DNA from: Coleofasciculus chthonoplastes F2-STO-03
Lineage (GTDB): Bacteria; Cyanobacteriota; Cyanobacteriia; Cyanobacteriales; Coleofasciculaceae
Reading direction: 5' to 3'
DNA length: 64,000 bases
Assembly: GCA_040222015.1 (NCBI GenBank)
Contig: JAVJWO010000134.1
Span: forward strand, 1-64,000
The position numbers and the translations under genes were made by a program. The notes under the pieces were generated by a model. The model saw nothing but the letters and a program-made list of their open reading frames with translations, did no database searches and had not been told where the DNA came from. Below, piece by piece: positions 10,680 to 19,160 of the stretch (the first letter of the stretch is position 1; each line of letters begins with the position of its first letter).

Positions 10680-11399
10680 GTGAGACGATCGATAACACGC
10701 CATTGGCTAGGGATTGCACGTTGGCTACTGTCTAAGCAACGACTACGCTGGTTAGGCTTAGGGCTATTGAGCCTAGTCGTTATTCTTAGTATAGGGTTAC
10801 TTTCTAGTATCTTCAGATTGTCGGCAGGAGCCGCTGCACCTGTAGATACGTTTTTTGTTTTGGGGGGAAGTATTCGCCGGGAGGTTTATGTGGCTCAGTT
10901 AGTGAAGCAACATCCCCAAACTCCGGTTTTGATTTCTCAAGGCTCTGATGAACCCTGTATTTGGCTAATCTTTCAAAAGTATAACGCACCCATGGGTCAG
11001 GTTTGGTTAGAAAAATGTGCGGATTCCACGTTTGGTAATTTCTACTTCGGGATTCCGATTTTACGGCAGTGGGGGGTGCGTCATGTTCAGTTAATTACCT
11101 CTCCCACCCATTTACCACGAGCAGGGTGGATGGCGCAAATTCTTTTGGGTGCGAATGGGATTTGGGTGGATGTGGATACGGTACAGGAGAAGGGAATACC
11201 AGGGAATCAAGAATTCTGGTGGAAGACAGGATTAGATGTGACCCGCAGCCTAGCTTGGGCGCTGTTGAGTCAGGGAATTCAACCGCACTGTTCCCAGGTT
11301 ACGCCCCTAACGGATATTGATTTAGACGCTTGGCGTAAGTTAGGCTTCGATTGTGAGTATCAATGGTGGTTGAAATTAGACGAAAACGTTCTGTATTAA
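10680..11399 (+). CDS. YdcF/DUF218 family protein
   Basis: N-terminal TM, VLGG, LISQG, STFGN, LITSPTHLPRA. Confidence 0.85.
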   Translation: MRRSITRHWLGIARWLLSKQRLRWLGLGLLSLVVILSIGLLSSIFRLSAGAAAPVDTFFVLGGSIRREVYVAQLVKQHPQTPVLISQGSDEPCIWLIFQKYNAPMGQVWLEKCADSTFGNFYFGIPILRQWGVRHVQLITSPTHLPRAGWMAQILLGANGIWVDVDTVQEKGIPGNQEFWWKTGLDVTRSLAWALLSQGIQPHCSQVTPLTDIDLDAWRKLGFDCEYQWWLKLDENVLY

Positions 11400-11408
11400 C
11401 GGCTTACC

Positions 11409-11429
11409 GTAGGGTGGGCATTGCCCACC
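11409..11429 (+). repeat. REP family B: GTAGGGTGGGCA(A/T)TGCCCACC (also 38124-38144, 59842-59862, 59949-59969, 60069-60089)
   Basis: GTAG followed by a palindrome; five near-identical copies. Confidence 0.85.
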
Positions 11430-11476
11430 AGACTCAAGTCAGCGCCATTTCTATTAACTCAGAGTATCCAAACAAC

Positions 11477-11505
11477 AACCCCGACTTCTCCAAGAAGTCG
11501 GGGTT
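11477..11505. terminator. Perfect 13-bp stem between convergent genes (terminator or dispersed repeat)
   Basis: AACCCCGACTTCT-cca-AGAAGTCGGGGTT followed by CTTTCT. Confidence 0.55.
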
Positions 11506-11599
11506 CTTTCTATCTCAGATCATGTCAAACACCGTTAATCAGCATTGCCATTATTAGCAATCATCAGGACATGATATTAAGACGAAGGACAAGTAACGA

Positions 11600-13714
11600 T
11601 TAAAGTGTCTTCAAGAACTCAATCAGCGCCAGCTTGTCCTCATCGGGCAACTCTGTGCCAAAGTAATGTCCATGATCCTCAATGAAATCAGGCACCTGGT
11701 TTGCCTTGAGCAAAACTGGGGCAATCACATCATCTGGTACAAAGTCCACCAGCTTTTCCAACACCCTCGACCCAATATCAGAATTTAACTTCCGCTGTAG
11801 GATTCTTGGTGTATTGCGGGGATCTAAATTTGCCAGCAAGTTGATTGTCGCACCTTTAGGAACCGTAGCCACCAGTTTACCCTGTTGCAAATAGGTTTCG
11901 CGATCGGTTCGCTTGATGATACCTTCGCGCTTTTCGGGCCACAGTTGCTTTTCAATCGCGTCATTAAAGGCTTCCATCCGTCCTTTCACCGATGGATCTC
12001 CGGTGTATTTACCCAACATGTTGTTGTGCAAGAAGGGCGCACTTGACCAAATGCTGATCAGTGAGGGGACGCGATAATAACCTGTGCCACCGGCTGGAAT
12101 CTCTAACTCAATCGGCTTATCTGGATTATAGGGATTCTCCAGTTCAAGAGTACCCGGTGAGGGCAGTTCTTTGTAGGTCTTCGACGAGAATTGCTCCCAA
12201 ACATGACCCTTGAGCGCATTGGTGGCTAACGCACGGGCAGCATTTGTGCCGATCAAGGTTACGGGGTAACGCTTGTCATTGGACAAGAAGTTATGATCCC
12301 GGAAATCGGAACTCAGTACCGACTCCCGATACCATTGCTGCGCCTGTTCTGGATCTGCCAAAATATCCGCCGGAGGTTGCTTGCTGGAATGACAAGTGGC
12401 ACAAGTCTCAGCAAAGATAATTTTCCCGCGTTTGAGAACCGACTCATCTTTGGTTAAGTAAGCCTTACCCCCAGGTGCATCTTCTAGATGCATTGGTCCA
12501 ATCGTCGCCAGGAATTTCTCTGCATCTGCCATGCGTTTTTCAGTTTCTTGCCAACCCTTGCAATCCCGCCGCGCTTCATTGATATCGAAGGGAGACTGAG
12601 GTGTTAACCCAGAGACAGCATCATGACGCCGTAGCCACTGATCAGAACACATACCAATGTTGACATAGACCCGCAGGGATGCTAAGGCTACACCAACGGA
12701 GTCTGCACCATCTTTAAGGATGTGAGGAACTGGCTCAATAGAACCATCATTCATCACCTCATCATACCGGGGTCGATCCGCTAGGTTAAAAATCGCGTTA
12801 ATCGCATTGGGATTATTAATGTGATCGGTGGCGATACGAGAGGTATCCGAAGTGCCTCGGGGCTGACTCTCTAACACCTGTTTGCGAAAATCCGCGTCTG
12901 GGACACTACCGCCAAATAATCCGCCTTCCTTGATGTACTGATTCCCCAAGGCTGACGCGAGGTTTTCCCATTTGGGGTTTTCGGGATCAGCAGGATGCTT
13001 GAGGGGGTTAAATGCAATATGGCAAACACCACAGGATATGCCGATGCGGTAGGGCGGTTCAATTTGAGCCCGTTTTTCTCCGGGTTGATAGTAGCTGACT
13101 AGATCCCATTTCTCTGAGTCAAAGTTGGGATTGGGGAATTTTCGTACCCCCATGACTCCCGCAGAATGGGGATCTTTATCGCATTGGTCTAACCATAACC
13201 CATACTCATCCGGCTCAGTTGCAGTTTTACAGCTCGGATCATTGACCACGCCGATGGTCTTAAACCGCTGATTGCGCGGTAGGTGAGGTTGATCTCCTGG
13301 TACGAGTTCACTATCCGGACGAGCATCAACCAGACTCAAAAAGTCGATTTCTCCATGACTCTGTTTGGCAATTCCACGGAAGAATTCCTCATTAAAGCCA
13401 GTCCAATAGTACCAGGTCTGAAGACCGCGTTTTTCTGCTTCTGTCAAATCGCCGTAGGAATCCTCCGGCACATAACCGAGATAACCATCATAGGATTCTG
13501 AATCGCTATCCTTGTCGTACCCAGTTGGCTGAGTTGAGATGTCACCAGTGTAATCAGTGGGTGAAGTAGAGGTATCAGTGGCGTATGTAGAGGTCTGAGC
13601 TAGGAGATCTCTGAGATGTTCTGCTGATGTGGTTTGAAAGTTATCAGCGGAACAGCCCAGAAGTGTCACCATTAGGATCAGACAGAATACAATGCCCAGA
13701 TATGACTTCTTCAT
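11600..13714 (-). CDS. Lipoprotein diheme cytochrome c, RoxA/MauG-like
   Basis: Signal peptide with LLGC lipobox; CGVCH and CATCH; YRVPSLISIWSSAPFLHNN; C-terminal GHYFG...LIEFLKTL. Start at MKKSY. Confidence 0.8.
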   Translation of the reverse strand: MKKSYLGIVFCLILMVTLLGCSADNFQTTSAEHLRDLLAQTSTYATDTSTSPTDYTGDISTQPTGYDKDSDSESYDGYLGYVPEDSYGDLTEAEKRGLQTWYYWTGFNEEFFRGIAKQSHGEIDFLSLVDARPDSELVPGDQPHLPRNQRFKTIGVVNDPSCKTATEPDEYGLWLDQCDKDPHSAGVMGVRKFPNPNFDSEKWDLVSYYQPGEKRAQIEPPYRIGISCGVCHIAFNPLKHPADPENPKWENLASALGNQYIKEGGLFGGSVPDADFRKQVLESQPRGTSDTSRIATDHINNPNAINAIFNLADRPRYDEVMNDGSIEPVPHILKDGADSVGVALASLRVYVNIGMCSDQWLRRHDAVSGLTPQSPFDINEARRDCKGWQETEKRMADAEKFLATIGPMHLEDAPGGKAYLTKDESVLKRGKIIFAETCATCHSSKQPPADILADPEQAQQWYRESVLSSDFRDHNFLSNDKRYPVTLIGTNAARALATNALKGHVWEQFSSKTYKELPSPGTLELENPYNPDKPIELEIPAGGTGYYRVPSLISIWSSAPFLHNNMLGKYTGDPSVKGRMEAFNDAIEKQLWPEKREGIIKRTDRETYLQQGKLVATVPKGATINLLANLDPRNTPRILQRKLNSDIGSRVLEKLVDFVPDDVIAPVLLKANQVPDFIEDHGHYFGTELPDEDKLALIEFLKTL

Positions 13715-14097
13715 CAAAATCAAAATCAAAATCTCCTTAAAGAAAGATAGAAGCCTTAACTGTATATGTCTGCTCAAAGTATTACTTATTCTCCAAAATC
13801 TTCTGTAACGGGGAAGAAACCAAGTGTTTGTAACAATTTTTAATAGTTTTGTTCATTTTTTCTAGGGAGAAAATTGAAATATTATTGGCGTTTTGTGTGT
13901 GACTTAGATCACCAAAACACAAAAATTAAACTTCAGGAGAATCAAGTCAAGTTATAGATAGATCTGGCGTCAAAATTTTACAACTTCTGTCCACTGGCTT
14001 GATAAATATTGCATAATGTTAAAACTTTCCCCACAATTTGCCCAAAGCACAGCAATCCAATTAAAATTCAGCCTATTGAGTACAAGCCGAAACTCCC

Positions 14098-15558
14098 ATG
14101 GACAAGGATGTCATTTTTGAACCGCTCACGTTCCGCAACCTGACTGTCAAAAATCGCATTTTCCGATCTAACATCAGCGGGAGATTTGATAACTACGATG
14201 GTTCCGGCAATCAAGCTCGGATTAATTGGGAAGAGAAATTTGCTCGTGGGGGTGCTGGCGCAATCATTTCGTCCTTTGTCCCTGTTACGATCAAAGGGCG
14301 TATCGTTCCTAACTACGCCACAATTCACTCGGACGATCGCATCCACTTCTGGAGCAAGGTTGGTGAAGCTGTTCATCGCCATGACTGCAAATTCATCATG
14401 CAGCTAAGTCACTGTGGACGACAACAGGATATTGAAGGGGTTGAGAACGATCACATCCGCCTCAGTTCCACCAGCAAAACCGAATCCTTTCATGGCTTAA
14501 AATGTCGGTCAATGACGAAAGACGAAATCAAGGACACGGTGAATGCCTTTGCTGAAGGGGCGAGACGGGCAAAAGAAGCCGGACTTGATGGAGTGGAGTT
14601 GCATGGAGCGAATGGCTATCTGATTACTCAATTCCTCAGTTCTGGTATCAACGATCGCACGGACGAATATGGCGGTTCCTTGAAAAATCGCGCCCGCTTT
14701 CTCTTAGAGATTATCGAAGCCGTGCGCCAGAAAGTGGGAGACGATTTTCACTTCCAGTGCAAAATTAGTGCTGTGGAGTACAATGACGCGGTGATTCCTT
14801 GGGAAAAGCCAGGAAATACCCTACAAGAATCCGTACAAATCTGTAAATGGATAGAAGAAGCTGGAATTGATGCCATTCATGTCTCCAGTGGCAGCTTGTT
14901 TCCCCATCCCTTAAACCCACCTGGAACATTTCCGCTGTTTGGAGATTATGCTACCGATTGCGCCAAAAATTCCTACGACACCATGCTATCCAGCGGAAAT
15001 GCCACCTTCCGCAACTATCTCTTGTTCCGATATCCATTCCTCCAACCCATATTTATGTGGTTGTGGTATCGTATCCCCAATATGAGAAATCGGGAGCAGA
15101 AGCCATTTAAGGGGTTAGATATCACCGCCGAATCCCTAAACCCTGAGTTCCGTAAGTTCTTCGCCCCCCAAGAGGTTGAGGAACTATTACGCAAGTATCA
15201 AGGCATCAGTATTGAAGATGCTAAAGCCATCAAAGCGGCGGTCAAGGTTCCCGTAATTTGTACGGGGGGATTCCAGCAAGCCTCCTATATTCGCAAAGCG
15301 ATTAATGATGGCTATTGTGATGCTGTCAGTATGGCACGTATGTTTGTGGCAAACAACGATCTGCCTCAACAATTTGCCGCCGGTAAAGATCTTCCCGATC
15401 GCCCCTGCACCTACTGCAATAAATGCTTACTCAACACCTTGGAAAATCCCTTAGGGTGCTATGAACCCGCTCGTTTCGGTGGCGACTACCAGGCAATGAT
15501 TGACGAAGTGATGACCGTCTATAAGCCAGCCCCCGGTGATGTAGAGGCATTGGTTTAA
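14098..15558 (+). CDS. NADH:flavin oxidoreductase (Old Yellow Enzyme family) with C-terminal Cys cluster
   Basis: KNRIF, QLSHCGRQ, GLDGVELHGANGYLITQFLS, NDRTDEYGGSLKNRARF; CTYCNKC-x10-C. Confidence 0.9.
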   Translation: MDKDVIFEPLTFRNLTVKNRIFRSNISGRFDNYDGSGNQARINWEEKFARGGAGAIISSFVPVTIKGRIVPNYATIHSDDRIHFWSKVGEAVHRHDCKFIMQLSHCGRQQDIEGVENDHIRLSSTSKTESFHGLKCRSMTKDEIKDTVNAFAEGARRAKEAGLDGVELHGANGYLITQFLSSGINDRTDEYGGSLKNRARFLLEIIEAVRQKVGDDFHFQCKISAVEYNDAVIPWEKPGNTLQESVQICKWIEEAGIDAIHVSSGSLFPHPLNPPGTFPLFGDYATDCAKNSYDTMLSSGNATFRNYLLFRYPFLQPIFMWLWYRIPNMRNREQKPFKGLDITAESLNPEFRKFFAPQEVEELLRKYQGISIEDAKAIKAAVKVPVICTGGFQQASYIRKAINDGYCDAVSMARMFVANNDLPQQFAAGKDLPDRPCTYCNKCLLNTLENPLGCYEPARFGGDYQAMIDEVMTVYKPAPGDVEALV

Positions 15559-15586
15559 ATGACAAAGGACAAAGGACAAATGACAA

Positions 15587-17077
15587 ATGACAAATGATAA
15601 CGAACAACCAAGTCTTCTCCAGAAAATTTGGGTTTTTATCCAAAAAGCGTCTGTTTTTATCGTCGGTGCGGTTTTAATTATCGCCCTGATTTTGGCATTG
15701 CCCTTGCTCACCAATCGGAATGCCGTCAACTATGCCAATATTAATGACCACTTTAAATATGCCTCAATTGGCGGAGAAGACTCGGATGGAATTCCCTACT
15801 GGATTTGGAAAGCCCTTCCCGTTGTCTTCTCTGACAAATTGCCAGGAGAAGGGTTAACTTCTTTTGGCTTTATTCAAGAAGCCGGACATGAGTTACCCAT
15901 TGGCTTTGCCAAAAGCCCCAACTCCGTAGGCTTAGATGTTGTCACCCAAAACTGTGCCACCTGTCATGTGGGCAGTCTCCGGGATAGGACGGATAGCGAA
16001 CCGGTTATTATCTCAGCAATGCCAAGTAATACCGTCAATCTGCAAGGCTACATTCAGTTTCTCGCTGATGTTGGGGTAGACAAGCGCTTCACGGCTAACG
16101 AGATCATGCCCTACATTGACGAGATGGGGGCTAATCTCAACCCACTACAGAAGTTGATCTATAGTTACATCGCAATTCCGCAAACACGGGATGCTTTGGT
16201 TAACCTCAGAGATGGCTTTACGTTCATGGAACGGCAAACCCCCTACGGACCTGGACGAGTAGATACGTTTAGCTCCTATAAATCCCGTCGCTTCAACTTC
16301 CCCACTGACAAATTAGAGGAAGATGAACTCAATGGTATTGCCGATTTCCCCAGTGTCTGGAATCAAGGACCGAGGGAAGGGATGCAACTTCACTGGGATG
16401 GTAACAATACCTCCGTTGATGAACGCAATAAGAGTGCCGCATTGGCATTGGTTCAGCCAACAACCATTGACTTTGACTCCATTCACAGAGTCAGAGATTG
16501 GCTGATGGAACTACCAGCCCCCAGCTATCCCTATCCGATTAATCAAGAGTTAGCCGCTGTGGGTAAACCGATTTACGAAAACACCTGTGCCAGTTGCCAT
16601 GCTTTTGGTGGCTCTCAGGTGGGCAAGGTTGTCCCGATTGAAGAAATTGGGACTGATCCGGGGCGTCTGGATTCCTACACCTACGAACTGGCATCCAATC
16701 AATATACCCTATTTACAGGAATTTCCTATCAGGGAGAAGATCAACGATTCACTAAGTTCCGTAAGACCAACGGTTATGCCAATCATCCCTTAGATGGCAT
16801 CTGGTTGCGAGCCCCTTATTTGCATAACGGCTCAGTACCCACCTTGCGAGACTTGCTCGAAACTCCAGATAAACGTCCCGAAACATTCTATCGCGGTTAT
16901 GACGTTTTTGACCCAGAAAAGGTTGGCTTTGTCTCTGATGTTGGTGAGGAGAATGGTAAGGACTATTTCAAATTTGATACCGCTAAACCAGGAAACAGTA
17001 ACAGTGGTCATGATTATGGCTTAGACCTCTCGTCAGAGGAAAAAGATGCCCTCGTTGAGTACATGAAGACACTTTAG
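15587..17077 (+). CDS. Membrane-anchored diheme cytochrome c, RoxA-like (paralog 1)
   Basis: N-terminal TM, CATCH and CASCH, IGTDPGR, LDGIWLRAPYLHNGSVP, GHDYG...EYMKTL. Confidence 0.85.
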   Translation: MTNDNEQPSLLQKIWVFIQKASVFIVGAVLIIALILALPLLTNRNAVNYANINDHFKYASIGGEDSDGIPYWIWKALPVVFSDKLPGEGLTSFGFIQEAGHELPIGFAKSPNSVGLDVVTQNCATCHVGSLRDRTDSEPVIISAMPSNTVNLQGYIQFLADVGVDKRFTANEIMPYIDEMGANLNPLQKLIYSYIAIPQTRDALVNLRDGFTFMERQTPYGPGRVDTFSSYKSRRFNFPTDKLEEDELNGIADFPSVWNQGPREGMQLHWDGNNTSVDERNKSAALALVQPTTIDFDSIHRVRDWLMELPAPSYPYPINQELAAVGKPIYENTCASCHAFGGSQVGKVVPIEEIGTDPGRLDSYTYELASNQYTLFTGISYQGEDQRFTKFRKTNGYANHPLDGIWLRAPYLHNGSVPTLRDLLETPDKRPETFYRGYDVFDPEKVGFVSDVGEENGKDYFKFDTAKPGNSNSGHDYGLDLSSEEKDALVEYMKTL

Positions 17078-17099
17078 ACAAAATTTAAGGAGAAAAAAA

Positions 17100-17522
17100 A
17101 TGAACCCTTATGCAAAATGGTTTGGGCGTGTGGTTTGGCTGGGCATCATCGTCAATATGTTTTTTGTAGTTCCCCTATGCTTTTTTCCGGAAACATTGCT
17201 TTCCTGGCTGCACATGCAAATTCCCGTGCCAATTATCTGGGTACGGGCAGCTGGAGTTCTACTATTGGAAATTAGTATCTTGTATATCCCAGGTGCTCAA
17301 GACCCCTATCGTTACAAAGCAACCGCTTGGATGTCGATATTTGTGACGCGGGGTGGTGGCTTTAGTTTTTTCTTCATTGGGGTCTTTTTCTTTGGTCAAG
17401 AGTTGGGCTTTCTCTCCATTGCTGTCGTTGACTTTTTCTTTGGGCTTGTTGAGGGAATTCTGTTGTACCTAGCAATGCGTGAGCAGCCCAATCTTTCTGA
17501 AACAGCCGAAGGATTCTCCTAA
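17100..17522 (+). CDS. Small 4-TM membrane protein
   Basis: AGGAG RBS; 140 aa with four hydrophobic segments; lies between the two cytochrome paralogs. Confidence 0.8.
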   Translation: MNPYAKWFGRVVWLGIIVNMFFVVPLCFFPETLLSWLHMQIPVPIIWVRAAGVLLLEISILYIPGAQDPYRYKATAWMSIFVTRGGGFSFFFIGVFFFGQELGFLSIAVVDFFFGLVEGILLYLAMREQPNLSETAEGFS

Positions 17523-17571
17523 AGAAAACGATTCAATTGTCAAGCCTAGCCATAGAAAGCAAGGGAGTTTT

Positions 17572-19005
17572 ATGGAAACATTAAAGAATAAGGTAGGGAG
17601 AACTATCACGGCAATTGTTGTGATTATTCTTCTGCTTGTTGGCAGTGTCGGGTATATCGCTTGGTACAACCTGTTTCGGGAAGTCCCCACCTATTACGAG
17701 TCAACCGAAGAGCATTTCAAATATGGTTCGATTGGTACCGAAAATGCTGAAGGAATTCCCTATTGGATTTGGCTGGTTCTGCCGCGACTTTTTCCGGAAA
17801 AGTTACCCGGTTCTGGAGGGTATACGTCTCTAGGACTAACCTGGGAAGAAGGCAAAGAAACCCCTGTGGGTATTTCTAAGAAAACCATTGGTTTTCCCCG
17901 TCAAGGTATCACTTGCGCCGTTTGTCATACCGCAACGTATCGCAAAACCGCCAAAGATAAACCTGTCATTGTGCCAACAGGACCAGCAATTAAGTTTGAT
18001 GCTCAAAGCTACACCCGATTTCTCCTAGAGAGTGCCAGCGATCCCAGATTTACCTCGAACTATATTCTCCCAGCAATCGAATATAACCATGAATTTTCTT
18101 TTGTGGAAAAACTGCTTTACCGGTATCTGATCATTCCCCAAACCAAGAAAGCATTATTAGAGCAGCAGGAAACTTTGGCTTGGATGGATTCTCGACCCAA
18201 CTGGGGTCCAGGTCGAATTGATCCGTTTAATCCGGTGAAGTTTAGAACCTTGGGTTTACCCCTAGATGATACCATTGGCAACTCGGATATGATGCCTCTA
18301 TGGAATCAGAAGCAACACCAAGGGTTTGCCCTGCATTGGGATGGGTTAGAAACCTCACTCACGGAAACCGTGAACACGGGGGCTATTGGCGATGGTGCGA
18401 CCAAAGATGCAATTAATATCCCAGGTCTACAGCGCGTCGAAGAGTACATTACGAATTTAGATCCGCCGAAGTATCCATTCTCCATTGACTCAGCATTAGC
18501 GAGTCGAGGAAGCAAAATTTTTGACAGTAACTGTGCCTCTTGTCATGCTTTTGGTGGGGAAAAAACGGGTACGGTAATTCCCATTGAAGAGGTAGGAACT
18601 GACCGTCACCGTTTAGATATGTGGACAAAACAAGCCGCTGATACTTATAACGAGTTTGCCGAAGGGTATGACTTTGATTTCGACAACCTGCGTAAGACCG
18701 ATGGGTATGTATCAGTCTCCCTAGATGGACTTTGGTTAAGAGCGCCTTACTTACATAATGGGTCAGTCCCCAACCTCATTGATTTACTGGAAACGCCGGA
18801 AAATCGGACAAACGTGTTCTATCGAGGATACGATGTTTATGACCCAGAAAACGTTGGCTTTGTGGCTCAAGGATCGGAAGCTGAGAAGGTTGGGTTTAAA
18901 TACGATACCCGTGTGGCGGCTAACGGGAATCAAGGACATCTTTATGGAACGGATTTGTCATCTGGAGAGAAAAAAGCCTTGATTGAATACCTGAAAACCT
19001 TATAG
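17572..19005 (+). CDS. Membrane-anchored diheme cytochrome c, RoxA-like (paralog 2)
   Basis: AGGGAG RBS before METLK; TM; CAVCH and CASCH; LDGLWLRAPYLHNGSVP; GHLYG...EYLKTL. Confidence 0.85.
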   Translation: METLKNKVGRTITAIVVIILLLVGSVGYIAWYNLFREVPTYYESTEEHFKYGSIGTENAEGIPYWIWLVLPRLFPEKLPGSGGYTSLGLTWEEGKETPVGISKKTIGFPRQGITCAVCHTATYRKTAKDKPVIVPTGPAIKFDAQSYTRFLLESASDPRFTSNYILPAIEYNHEFSFVEKLLYRYLIIPQTKKALLEQQETLAWMDSRPNWGPGRIDPFNPVKFRTLGLPLDDTIGNSDMMPLWNQKQHQGFALHWDGLETSLTETVNTGAIGDGATKDAINIPGLQRVEEYITNLDPPKYPFSIDSALASRGSKIFDSNCASCHAFGGEKTGTVIPIEEVGTDRHRLDMWTKQAADTYNEFAEGYDFDFDNLRKTDGYVSVSLDGLWLRAPYLHNGSVPNLIDLLETPENRTNVFYRGYDVYDPENVGFVAQGSEAEKVGFKYDTRVAANGNQGHLYGTDLSSGEKKALIEYLKTL

Positions 19006-19160
19006 TTCGTTGTTCGTTGTAGGTTAGGGTGGGTTTATTCCTTTGAGAAGTTTCTCAGACCTAATGAAAAACCAACCCCAGCACAATGTGTCAACTTTGA
19101 ACCCAATTGGGATGACAACGGACAACTGATACCAGACCACTAACTACAAAGGAAATCACC

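Noticed and set aside
11600..19005. Calling the cytochromes true rubber oxygenases or cytochrome c peroxidases
   Set aside because: Motifs support only the fold; substrate cannot be assigned from sequence.
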